NCBI GenBank assembly: GCA_965208125.1 | Contig: OZ242320.1 | Coordinates: 896,001 to 960,000, forward strand | DNA: 64,000 nt | Source: Candidatus Latescibacterota bacterium | GTDB taxonomy: Bacteria > Latescibacterota > UBA2968 | Direction: 5' to 3' | In this document: positions 19,885-29,251 of the stretch, one piece after another | Layout of the letters: every line of letters starts with the position of its first letter | How positions within the stretch are numbered: position 1 is the stretch's first letter | Translations under genes and position numbers: made by a program | Notes under the pieces: model-generated | What the model saw: the letters and a program-made list of their open reading frames with translations, nothing else | The model's database searches: none | What the model was told of the DNA's origin: nothing

Positions 19885-21102
19885 TCAATTCGCCAGATCC
19901 AGAATCGTCTCATCCTCAATATTCAACAGACGGCCCACTTCGAGCAGTCGGCCCTGTGAAATCTCCCCGCGCCACCACGCTTCCAGAGCCAGCCAAAGAA
20001 CCTGCCAATCCAACTCGTGGTCCAAATGCGCTTCGGCATCCTCTACATCGGCATAAGCTCTCACAGCACGCAAATAGCGGTTAGCCTCTTCCGTCTGATC
20101 GAGAAGCGTTTCAGTTTGCTCGGCACCCAGAAGATTCAAACCGCGCAACCGCCAAATCGCCGCCGCATAGCTCACCCCAAAGTGCCGGGCCAAAAGCGCC
20201 ACATCCACATAGGTTATATGCTGCGAACGCGCTGGACTGCGCAACGCACCTTGAAAACCCTCTCCCGTAACGGCATCCATTGCCGCTTCCTCGCGCCGAG
20301 CACTTCTTCCTTTACCCAAACTGTGCAGAAAATCTCGCACCCCCTCTTCGGGCATCAAGAAGGCTGCTGCAAAAGCATTCGCCCGCTGCTCAGTCCTCGT
20401 CTTAGCATTATGAGCACTCGTAACAGTAGCCGCCTCATCGCGGTCCATAAGCGCGTGACCGTGTTCATGAGCAAATGAAAACTGCCGACGCACCGGTGCC
20501 TGATTGAGATTAGCCAGAACCGCCATACCAAAATCGGGACTACTCAAAAAAAGACCCGAAATTTTATCGGGCAACGGCAAAGCCGCCGTCCAGATATTCT
20601 GGCGAGCCAGAGTCTCAGGCACATTAACGGGCGCATTGCCCAAATCGAGACGCCGACGCTCCTGCTCTGCCACAAGCTGGCCCTGAGCAATCGCCTGTCC
20701 CACCGACCGAGGGGGCGGAAGTTCATAACTGGGCAAAGAGACATCTGTCCCGCGACCCGTCAGCCGTCGAAGCGAAGCGCCTTCTCTCAGCAAACGCAAA
20801 CAACGCCGAGCTTGCTCCTGAACAACCTCGCTCTGCAAACCTGGCTCCGCGCGAAAAAGCGCGACCACCGGATCTTCCTGTTTGAGCGGACTATCCGGAT
20901 TAACAAACCACTCTACCGAACGCCCGTACAAATCCGCAAGACGGGTCAGCTCAAGCGTAGAAACCTGCCGCTGGCCGGATTCCATAAGACTAATCGCAGA
21001 CCGCTGTAAACTCAGGACTGTACCTGCGGCTTCTTGAGTAATATGTCGGCTTTCGCGTGCAAATCGCAATCGTTGTCCGATCTCTTCGGAAGTAATGATC
21101 AT
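19885..21102 (-). CDS. XRE-family HTH fused to ImmA/IrrE metallopeptidase
   Basis: N-terminal HTH (ITQE..QRSAISLMESGQR), RRQFSFAHEHGH (HExxH), EQRANAFAAAFLMP. Confidence 0.92.
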   Translation of the reverse strand: MIITSEEIGQRLRFARESRHITQEAAGTVLSLQRSAISLMESGQRQVSTLELTRLADLYGRSVEWFVNPDSPLKQEDPVVALFRAEPGLQSEVVQEQARRCLRLLREGASLRRLTGRGTDVSLPSYELPPPRSVGQAIAQGQLVAEQERRRLDLGNAPVNVPETLARQNIWTAALPLPDKISGLFLSSPDFGMAVLANLNQAPVRRQFSFAHEHGHALMDRDEAATVTSAHNAKTRTEQRANAFAAAFLMPEEGVRDFLHSLGKGRSARREEAAMDAVTGEGFQGALRSPARSQHITYVDVALLARHFGVSYAAAIWRLRGLNLLGAEQTETLLDQTEEANRYLRAVRAYADVEDAEAHLDHELDWQVLWLALEAWWRGEISQGRLLEVGRLLNIEDETILDLAN

Positions 21103-21153
21103 GACGCACCTCTGAATATTGGGAATATCATTAATAACCGTCTATCCAATATC

Positions 21154-21216
21154 AATTTAGATAATCGCACTATACTTGTCAATAATAGAAAATAATTGTT
21201 TTGATTATCGCACTAT
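21154..21216 (-). promoter_or_regulatory. promoter of the XRE-ImmA gene with two candidate operator repeats
   Basis: Minus strand TTGACA-17-TAAATT (21182-21154); GAT(A/T)ATCGCACTAT at 21160-21173 and 21203-21216. Confidence 0.6.
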
Positions 21217-21231
21217 CCCAAAAACGCATTC

Positions 21232-21261
21232 TTGACATAATAGGCTTTTAAGGACTATATT
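21232..21261 (+). promoter_or_regulatory. sigma70-type promoter of the PhyH-family gene
   Basis: TTGACA-18 bp-TATATT. Confidence 0.55.
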
Positions 21262-21344
21262 TCCGAACACTGGACTGGGGTTTATTCCTGGTCGGCAGTT
21301 GGTCCTGGAATCTCTCGGGACCTTTCGCTTTTTCGAGGTGTATT

Positions 21345-22130
21345 ATGAAAAACCCAATTCCATCCCCAATGCTCAGTGAAGAACAGATCGAAGCATTCTT
21401 CGAAATAGGGTTCGTCATCGTACCAGACGTCTTTACGCCGACTGAAATCGAAGAAATGCGAGCCGGATTTGACCGTCTGCAAAAAATGGCCTATGCGCTA
21501 TCGGAACCCGGGATCCACAACGGCTCTGATTTTGCCATAGAAAGAACGGAATCGGGACAGGTCATCATTCACCGCATCTCCTGGTGTGGGGCAGCCGAAC
21601 CCGTATTGCTCGCTTATGGTAAAGACCACCGCCTCCTCGGCATGGCGAGTCAGTTACTGGGCAGCAACGAAATGAACCAGCTAATCAACCAGGCCCACTT
21701 CAAAATACCCGGCGACAACGTGGCATTTCCGTGGCATCAGGACAGCGAACATCGCGGATATGGAAAACCCTGGTGGAAGGACGTCAACGGACGCGGCAGC
21801 TTCGTCCAGCAAGCCATCGCCATTGACGATGTAACCGAAGAAAGTGGACCTTTGAAATTCATCCCCGGAAGTTGCAAATTGGGGCATCTGGGTCTGCTGA
21901 GTCGCAGCGAAGAAGAATACCCGGCACTATTCAATCCCGACGACGCTGTTACGGGAATCATGAAAGCTGGCAGCGTAGCCCTGTTCAACCCTTATGTCAT
22001 TCACGGCAGCGAACCGAACCGCTCGCAGAAACCGCGGCGTATTTTCATAAACGGCTATGCTTACCCGGGCGCCAACTCGAGAACCTATCCTGGAAAGGGT
22101 GCTGGCAGACTCTTGAAGATCACAGATTAA
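21345..22130 (+). CDS. phytanoyl-CoA dioxygenase (PhyH) family Fe(II)/2OG oxygenase
   Basis: WHQD, GPLKFIPGS, HGS..NRS..RR motifs. Confidence 0.9.
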   Translation: MKNPIPSPMLSEEQIEAFFEIGFVIVPDVFTPTEIEEMRAGFDRLQKMAYALSEPGIHNGSDFAIERTESGQVIIHRISWCGAAEPVLLAYGKDHRLLGMASQLLGSNEMNQLINQAHFKIPGDNVAFPWHQDSEHRGYGKPWWKDVNGRGSFVQQAIAIDDVTEESGPLKFIPGSCKLGHLGLLSRSEEEYPALFNPDDAVTGIMKAGSVALFNPYVIHGSEPNRSQKPRRIFINGYAYPGANSRTYPGKGAGRLLKITD

Positions 22131-22143
22131 CGACCAAAACCTT

Positions 22144-22224
22144 CTGGATCGCGGCTAACACCCTGCCGCGATGACACACGGGACGGCACGGGGGCCGTCC
22201 CCTACAACACCCTGCCGCGATGAC
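22144..22224. repeat. REP-like palindromic cluster
   Basis: CTGGATCGCGGC-N8-GCCGCGATGAC, then GGGACGGC..GCCGTCCCCTAC, then a partial repeat; related copies at 58633 and 61150-61190. Confidence 0.75.
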
Positions 22225-22251
22225 GGCACTGTTGATAGGGTTGACAGACGC

Positions 22252-23727
22252 CTAAGGTCGATCCATTGCTGAATTGAAAGACCTCTCCGCCTGCCTTACA
22301 ATCCCCTTTAGCATACGCTTGAAAATGAGACAGTGAATGGGATAAAGGCCATACCAATAAAGCAAACCACCGAGCCCCAGAGGATCGAAAATAGCCGTCT
22401 GTGTTATCAGACTACCCCCCGCCACGGGCTGGACCTCAAACTGGAGCCATGCCCGACCGGGCACCTTCATCTCTGCCTGCAAACGCAAAAGGCGATGTTC
22501 TTCAAAAGCCTCAACGCGCCAGAAATCCAGCGGATCCCCCGGCCGTACATCAACCGGGTGTCGTCGCCCTCGCCGCATACCCACCCCACCCAGCAGCAAA
22601 TCGACAAAACCCCGCAAATACCAGATCCATGTCGCAAAATACCAGCCCTGATCCCCCCCAATGCGCTGAACAGGATCAAAAGCTCGGGCGGGTTTCACAT
22701 TCGCAAAAGCCTGCTGGCGGTCAACAATCCGCGAACCAAAACGCCTTCCACCCCACAAAGGCTCCTCACCACTTGAAGACACCGCATCGCTCCAGCGAGT
22801 CTGAGCCATCTCCCGGTCCTCCTCCTCAAGCGCACGAACCATCGCCTGATGCACATTTAGAGGACGGACGGGAAAACGCTCGCGCGTACCATCATCCCGA
22901 ACAATCGTCTCATTCCGCAAACTATCGATAAGCTTCTTACCCACCCGCGCATAAAGAGGCGTCACCAGCCCCAACCACAAACTGGAAAGGCGAGGACTCA
23001 AAAAAGGAACCGGAAGCATAAGACGCCGCACGCCGATCTGGCGGGCATATTCCCGCATCAACCCGCCATAAGACACCTGTTCCGGACCCCCAATCTCAAA
23101 AATCGCACTCCCTTCCTCCTCCACATCCAGACCCCGGATCAAATAAGCGATCACATCCGCAATCGCAATCGGCTGGGTTGGCGTGCGGACCCAGCTCGGC
23201 GTAATCATAATCGGCAACTTATTGACCAGACTGCGCACCATCTCAAAAGACAGCGAACCCGAACCAATAATAATAGAAGCCCGAAACTCCAGCGTTGCAG
23301 GTCCCTCAGAAGTTAGAATAGCCCCCACCTCCCGGCGACTCTCCAAATGGGAAGAAAGCTGGCGATCCCCAACCAGCCCCCCCAAATAAATAATGCGCCG
23401 AACCCCTTGCTGCAGCGCGACGCGAGCAAAATTTTGTGCCCCAATGCGGTCCTGCGTCTCAAAATTGGCTCTGGACCCCATAGAATGCACCAGATAGTAC
23501 GCCGTATCTACCCCCTCCAGAGCAACGCTCAGCGAATCCCGATCCAGCACATCCCCCGCGACAATTTCGGTATCGGAACAAAACCGACCCATCAGATACT
23601 GGGGATTGCGAGCCAGACACCGCACGCGCTCCCCTCGTTCTTCAAGTTCCGGAACCAGCCGCCCACCAACATACCCACTGGCTCCCGTCACCAGCACAAG
23701 CCCGTCTTTTTCCTTATCCTGATACAT
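22252..23727 (-). CDS. atypical SDR oxidoreductase with C-terminal DUF2867 (YbjT-like)
   Basis: VTGASGYVG, YYLVHSM, C-terminal DFWRVE..AEMKVPGRAWL..GLLYWY. Confidence 0.9.
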   Translation of the reverse strand: MYQDKEKDGLVLVTGASGYVGGRLVPELEERGERVRCLARNPQYLMGRFCSDTEIVAGDVLDRDSLSVALEGVDTAYYLVHSMGSRANFETQDRIGAQNFARVALQQGVRRIIYLGGLVGDRQLSSHLESRREVGAILTSEGPATLEFRASIIIGSGSLSFEMVRSLVNKLPIMITPSWVRTPTQPIAIADVIAYLIRGLDVEEEGSAIFEIGGPEQVSYGGLMREYARQIGVRRLMLPVPFLSPRLSSLWLGLVTPLYARVGKKLIDSLRNETIVRDDGTRERFPVRPLNVHQAMVRALEEEDREMAQTRWSDAVSSSGEEPLWGGRRFGSRIVDRQQAFANVKPARAFDPVQRIGGDQGWYFATWIWYLRGFVDLLLGGVGMRRGRRHPVDVRPGDPLDFWRVEAFEEHRLLRLQAEMKVPGRAWLQFEVQPVAGGSLITQTAIFDPLGLGGLLYWYGLYPIHCLIFKRMLKGIVRQAERSFNSAMDRP

Positions 23728-23734
23728 TGCCTGC

Positions 23735-24769
23735 CTAATGCATATCTATGGACAGCACATAACTGATCAGAGTCACCAAAAGCCACGTCGCCACCAGCAC
23801 AACCCCAAAAGGGCGCTTCATCGCGTCACCCGACACAAAAATGCCACACCGAAAAACAACGAGAATAAACAGCATAGCCGGGAACAAAAATTGGAAAAAC
23901 TGACCATCGGCTTGCAAGCCACCTGGTGTTGCCGCGGCCGAGACACCGGCGACAAAGAGAACATTGAGAATATCTGCGCCGATAATATTGCCAACAGCCA
24001 ACTCGCCATGCCCGCGTCTAACAGCGGTAATCGCCGTCACGAGTTCTGGGAGCGACGTGCCAAACGCGACCAGTGTAGCCGAAATAATATGCTTTGGCAC
24101 GCCAATTCTCTCTGCCAAAATACTCACACTGGGAATGAGAATTTGAGCTGAAATAACAATAACCGCAATCGCCAGGATCAACTTGACGAGCACGAGGCCC
24201 GCGTTACTCTCCTCCGCACCTGTTGCATCTTCCCGCTCAGCATCCGACGTGGTCGCAGCCCATCGGATCGACTGCCAAATATAGAGCACCAAAAGTAGGA
24301 CAAAAGCGAACCCCGCAAACTGCGGCAAAACCCCACCCTGACCAAACAATTTCGCGGGAGAAGCCCACGGAAAACAGGCGAGCACCAGAAGAATACCAGC
24401 ACCCACCTGCACATTTGACAACCGCGACGCCAACTGGCGATTGAGAGGTAAAGGCGCGATCAAAGAAGCCAGGCCGATAATAAGGCCTGTATCGCAAATA
24501 ATCGAACCGACGGCATTCCCAAGAGCAAGCCCCGGCTTCCCCTGAATCGCCGAAAACACGGACACCGCTGCTTCCGGCGTCGTCGTGCCAATACTCACAA
24601 TCGTCGCACCGATAACCGCTTTCCCCAGCCCCCAGCGCACCGAAAGCGTCACAGCCTCATCGACGAGCCAATCCGCACCTTTGCCGAGCGTGTACAGCGT
24701 CACCGCAATAATCACAAGCAAGAACGGACTGGTCAATCCCATCACAAGCTCTTCAATCCACTTTTCCAT
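23735..24769 (-). CDS. Ca2+/Na+ antiporter (CaCA, YrbG-like)
   Basis: Two alpha repeats GTTTPE..GNAVGS and GTSLPE..GNIIGA. Confidence 0.92.
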   Translation of the reverse strand: MEKWIEELVMGLTSPFLLVIIAVTLYTLGKGADWLVDEAVTLSVRWGLGKAVIGATIVSIGTTTPEAAVSVFSAIQGKPGLALGNAVGSIICDTGLIIGLASLIAPLPLNRQLASRLSNVQVGAGILLVLACFPWASPAKLFGQGGVLPQFAGFAFVLLLVLYIWQSIRWAATTSDAEREDATGAEESNAGLVLVKLILAIAVIVISAQILIPSVSILAERIGVPKHIISATLVAFGTSLPELVTAITAVRRGHGELAVGNIIGADILNVLFVAGVSAAATPGGLQADGQFFQFLFPAMLFILVVFRCGIFVSGDAMKRPFGVVLVATWLLVTLISYVLSIDMH

Positions 24770-24784
24770 CGCTACCTTTCCAAA

Positions 24785-25558
24785 TTAAATCACAAAAATA
24801 TCACTCGGACGGTCTTGCTCCGCCACACTCAGGGGAAAAGACCGAATACCCTGCCCCTGCAACATATCCGCGCATGTCTCTCGCGCCAGATCTGGCCGAT
24901 TATTTTTCTGACTCAAATGCGCCAGAACCGCCTGCTGCAACCCCTCTCTCGCCAGATCGCACAACGCCTCGGCCGCCCCATCATTTGACAAATGACCGTG
25001 TGTACTATTGATCCTCTGCTTCAAAACCCACGGATAAGGCCCATCCATCAGCAATTGATAATCGTAATTCGTCTCAATAATCACCAGATCGGCCCGGCGC
25101 ATATACTGATAAACCAGCTGCGTCACCGTACCCATATCTGTTGCAATCGTCACATTAGAATGACCATCTGTCACGGAAAAATTCACGGGATCAGCGGCAT
25201 CGTGAGGCAACTGGAACGCCTGAAAAGACAGATCGCCAATTGAAAAAGCCTCATCATTTTCAAACACTCGAATCCTCTCACTCCCTCGAAAAATCTTCTT
25301 CGACGCATTCAACGTGCCCTCGGTCATCCAAACCGGCAGTCCATATCGCCGCGCCAACACACCCACTCCCTTAATGTGATCGGAATGCTCGTGACTCACC
25401 ACAATAGCCTGCAAACCCGCCGGATTGACCCCAATATTCTGCAGACGCTCCTCGATCTTCTTACCCGTCAAACCCGCATCGATAAGCACACTTGAAGAAC
25501 CATTTTGAACACAAATCGAATTGCCACCACTGCCACTTGCCAACAAACAAATCTTCAC
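24785..25558 (-). CDS. MBL-fold metallohydrolase (YycJ/WalJ-like)
   Basis: LASGSGGN, SHEHSDH, GHLSN, AHLSQKNN. Confidence 0.9.
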   Translation of the reverse strand: MKICLLASGSGGNSICVQNGSSSVLIDAGLTGKKIEERLQNIGVNPAGLQAIVVSHEHSDHIKGVGVLARRYGLPVWMTEGTLNASKKIFRGSERIRVFENDEAFSIGDLSFQAFQLPHDAADPVNFSVTDGHSNVTIATDMGTVTQLVYQYMRRADLVIIETNYDYQLLMDGPYPWVLKQRINSTHGHLSNDGAAEALCDLAREGLQQAVLAHLSQKNNRPDLARETCADMLQGQGIRSFPLSVAEQDRPSDIFVI

Positions 25559-25576
25559 TGGTAACTCCCCTATTCA

Positions 25577-27883
25577 CTACTCATTCACAATCCGCGCCAC
25601 CCAAATACTAATCTCGTACAAAACGATGAGCGGCATCGCCATCAAAAGCTGAGACAAGGGATCGGGAGGGGTCAAAATGGCTGCCAGTATAAACCCGAGC
25701 AAAAGCGCATAACGCCGTCCCTTTCGCATCCGATCGCGTGTTGCAATCCCCATCTTAGCCAGAAAAAACGTCAACACAGGCAACTCAAACACCAGGCCAA
25801 AAGCCACCAGAAGGCGCAGCACAAAACCGATATACTCCCCAATATCAAACTGCGGCTTCACAATCGTATCTTCAGCCATACCAACAAAAAACTTCATCGC
25901 CAGTGGGATAACCAGCCAGTACGCCAAAATAGCACCAATCAAAAAACACACAGTAGCCGAACCAATGACAAACGTCACAAACCGCCGCTCGCTGGCAAAC
26001 AGACCGGGCGCGACAAACATCCAGATCTGAAAAATCAAAAACGGCAGCGCCAGAATCCCCCCGCCCACCAGCGCGATCTGCAGCTTGACCATAAACATGC
26101 CCATCGGTCTTAAAGTCTGCAATATCAGTTCATCTTCCAGTTCGCGGGTAGGATGGAGCAGCACAGCCAAAATCTCATTGACAAAAATTCCGCAAAAAAT
26201 CGCGCCTATAATAATCGCGGCCAAACCCTTCAAAATGCGCCACCGCAACTCCTCCAGATGATCGAGAAAAGGCATCGGCTTGCCTTCATCGGGCAGATCT
26301 TCTTCATCGCGGTCTGGCATAATTGCCGGCACCGTACCCTCAGGCGGTGCAACATCCTCCTCCACCTCTCGCGGTCTCCGAATAGCAGACACCGCCAGCC
26401 CCATCAGCGCGATCACGCCGCACAACTGAGAAAACAAATCGCCAAACCGCATATAAAGCGTCTGCTCATTGCGCGGTGCAATAGTCCCAGCCACAACAGC
26501 CTCGTGAAACAAACCCGTCTTTTGCTCTTGCCGTCCATAAGGGTCGATAAACATCGACACACCCGTATTGGCACAGCGCACCACCCAACGCCTGTTTTCA
26601 ACAGCCCTGAATGTTGCAATATCCGCGTGTTGATACGGCGCTGACGTGCGCCCATACCACCCATCATTCGTAATCACCACCAAAAACTCGGCACCCCGAA
26701 CCATCATATCGCGCGCAAGCCAGGGAAACACCGAATCAAAACAAATCATCCCGGAAAACTTTCCACCCGGCACCTCAAAAACCGTAAGCACCGTCCCACT
26801 CTCAAAATCGCCGCTGATATACCCCCCACCGCTCCACTGAAAATCGCGCAAAAATCCGAGCAACCTGGGAAAAGGCGCCCGCTCTCCAAACGGCACCACC
26901 TTCACCTTGTCGTAATGCGGCAAATCGCCCCCGCCCGGCTCAAACAAAAAAGAAGAATTGTAAAGACGATCTCGCTCTGCGGCCTCGAAGCGATTCGCTC
27001 CCATATACAGATAAATACCCAGCGAATCGACCAGCGCCTGCACCCGCGCCTGATACGCCTGATGCGATGCGCCTTCACTTTTCAAACGCGCGGGCAAAGC
27101 CGCCTCTGACCACACAACCAATCGCGCCCCCGTCTCTGCGGCCTGAATCGTCAAAGGCTCCAACTTGTTAAAATTGTGATCAAAACCCCAGTACGACTTC
27201 TCAACAGGCGGCACATTTTGCTGCACAATAGCGACCTTCAAATCGCCCTCGGCAACCGGCTCTGCCATACGCCACAAACCAAATCCCGCTGGCAGTGCAA
27301 AAGCCAGAATCAGAACACCAACCATCAAACCGCGCCGCGCACTTTCCACTGCCTTAAACGCAATCAGATTAACCACCACCACCCAGAACGACACTCCGTA
27401 AACCCCGGTCGCTTCTGCAACTTGAATCAAAGGCAAATAATCCACCTGGGTATGCCCGAGCAACATCCACGGAAAACCCATATCGCCCAGCGTATTGAAA
27501 TATTCAAATCCCACCCACAAAAAAGGCACCATCCACAAACCCAGCCTGCCAACGCGCGCCATTGCAAACGACCACAACCACACAAACAGCCCCCGAAAAA
27601 GCGACATATACAAAATTGCCCCCGCCATACCCGGGGGAGTAATCCACGCAATCCAATAAACACTCGCACCGTAAAAAACCACACCCTGCAAAAAACCCGC
27701 GCCAAAAGCCACGCGTCCACGCAGATTTTCGACAACGGGAATCAGGGGCAACAAACTGATACAGGCCAAAAAACCGAGAGGCAAAGGGGGAAATGCCGCT
27801 GCCATAAGCAGTCCCGACAAAATCGGATACCCCAGCGCCAATTTCCAACCCCAGGCATTGTCCTGCGTCGTATTATCCGTCAT
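25577..27883 (-). CDS. lnt-tatC: apolipoprotein N-acyltransferase (Lnt) fused to twin-arginine translocase TatC
   Basis: Lnt: GFPW, WSE, YDK..VPFGE, ICFD, TNDGW, RAVENRR, ANTGVS. After an acidic/Pro linker, TatC: MPFLDHLEELR, FVAPGL, FELPV, AILTPPD..SQ..PLIVLYE. Confidence 0.9.
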   Translation of the reverse strand: MTDNTTQDNAWGWKLALGYPILSGLLMAAAFPPLPLGFLACISLLPLIPVVENLRGRVAFGAGFLQGVVFYGASVYWIAWITPPGMAGAILYMSLFRGLFVWLWSFAMARVGRLGLWMVPFLWVGFEYFNTLGDMGFPWMLLGHTQVDYLPLIQVAEATGVYGVSFWVVVVNLIAFKAVESARRGLMVGVLILAFALPAGFGLWRMAEPVAEGDLKVAIVQQNVPPVEKSYWGFDHNFNKLEPLTIQAAETGARLVVWSEAALPARLKSEGASHQAYQARVQALVDSLGIYLYMGANRFEAAERDRLYNSSFLFEPGGGDLPHYDKVKVVPFGERAPFPRLLGFLRDFQWSGGGYISGDFESGTVLTVFEVPGGKFSGMICFDSVFPWLARDMMVRGAEFLVVITNDGWYGRTSAPYQHADIATFRAVENRRWVVRCANTGVSMFIDPYGRQEQKTGLFHEAVVAGTIAPRNEQTLYMRFGDLFSQLCGVIALMGLAVSAIRRPREVEEDVAPPEGTVPAIMPDRDEEDLPDEGKPMPFLDHLEELRWRILKGLAAIIIGAIFCGIFVNEILAVLLHPTRELEDELILQTLRPMGMFMVKLQIALVGGGILALPFLIFQIWMFVAPGLFASERRFVTFVIGSATVCFLIGAILAYWLVIPLAMKFFVGMAEDTIVKPQFDIGEYIGFVLRLLVAFGLVFELPVLTFFLAKMGIATRDRMRKGRRYALLLGFILAAILTPPDPLSQLLMAMPLIVLYEISIWVARIVNE

Positions 27884-28036
27884 CTTCCTCTTTTAACCCC
27901 ATCAATTCATAAACCATTCACAGCAAGAAGCACAAACAAAAATCCCTGTTGCAAAAAACACAAAGACTATGCAATATACTTGTGGGTCAAATCCCTGTCA
28001 ATTGTCGTCCCAAAAAACAAACCCGGTCTATAACCC

Positions 28037-29251
28037 ATGCTACCCGACCTCAATACAGAACTCCAGGCATTGCGCGAACAAAACCTCTACCGCTCGGTGC
28101 GAAGTGTGGAAACCAGCCAGGAACCCCGCATCCGCATCAAAGGGCGGGAACTCATCCTCTTCTGCTCAAACAACTATCTGGGCCTCGCCAACCATCCCGT
28201 CCTCAAAGGTGCAGCCATCGAAGCCCTCAACACCTATGGAAGCAGCACCGTAGCATCGGCACTCATCTCGGGATATATGCCCCCGCATGCCGACCTCGAA
28301 AGCAGTATGGCGCAATTCCTCGGCACAGAATCCGCCATCGCATTTCCCACAGGCTATACAGCCAACCTCGGCGTTATACCCGCCCTCATCAACCGCGACG
28401 ACATCATTTTTAGCGACCAGTTAAACCACCGCAGCATCATCGACGCCTGTCGCCTTTCCCGCGCACAAATCGCCATCTACAACCACGGCGACATCGCCCA
28501 CCTCGAAACCCAGCTCAAAACCTCGTCCGCCCATCGCCGTCGCCTCATCGTCACCGATGGCGTCTTCTCAATGGACGGAGACATCGCCCCCCTACCCGAA
28601 CTCGTCTCTCTCGCCGAACAACACAACGCCATCCTCATGGTCGATGATGCCCATGCAACCGGCGTTCTCGGCCCCAATGGCCGCGGCACCTTCGAACACT
28701 ACGGCCTCTCTCCCAACACCATCGACATCCTCATGACCTCGGGCAGCAAAGCCCTCGGCGCATCCGGTGGTTTCATCTGTGGCAGCCGCGACCTCATCGA
28801 CCTCATCCGCAACCGCTCCGCAGCGTACATCTACACCACTGCCATGCCGCCCGACGCCTGTGCATCTACCACCGCGGCACTCGACCTCATCCAGCGCGAT
28901 ACCAGCTTGCGCCAACGCCTGTGGCACAACACAACAACCATCAGCCAGCATCTTCAAACCCTCGGATTCGACCTCGCCCAATCCCAAACCCACATCATAC
29001 CCATACGCGTTGGCGACGCCCAGAAAACCGTAGAAATATCCGAACACCTATACAACCGCGGCATCTACCTCTACGGCATACGCCCTCCCACCGTACCCGA
29101 GGGCCAAAGCCGTCTGCGCCTCTCCGTCATGGCAACCCATACCGACGACGACATCGCACAATTATTAGACGCCCTGACCGAGGTGCGACACAGTTTTTTT
29201 GGAGACCACCATGTCCAACCCCCTCGACCACATCCGAATCGTCCTGGTTGA
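28037..29251 (+). CDS. bioF: 8-amino-7-oxononanoate synthase (class II PLP enzyme)
   Basis: SNNYLGL, GYTAN, DGVFSMDGD, DDAHATG, SKALG, IRPPTVP. Confidence 0.88.
   Translation: MLPDLNTELQALREQNLYRSVRSVETSQEPRIRIKGRELILFCSNNYLGLANHPVLKGAAIEALNTYGSSTVASALISGYMPPHADLESSMAQFLGTESAIAFPTGYTANLGVIPALINRDDIIFSDQLNHRSIIDACRLSRAQIAIYNHGDIAHLETQLKTSSAHRRRLIVTDGVFSMDGDIAPLPELVSLAEQHNAILMVDDAHATGVLGPNGRGTFEHYGLSPNTIDILMTSGSKALGASGGFICGSRDLIDLIRNRSAAYIYTTAMPPDACASTTAALDLIQRDTSLRQRLWHNTTTISQHLQTLGFDLAQSQTHIIPIRVGDAQKTVEISEHLYNRGIYLYGIRPPTVPEGQSRLRLSVMATHTDDDIAQLLDALTEVRHSFFGDHHVQPPRPHPNRPG

Noticed and set aside
2960-21102. tRNA-anchored integrative element or prophage
   Set aside because: uvrA and rfbB separate the tRNA from the island; no integrase, att duplication or phage genes were seen.
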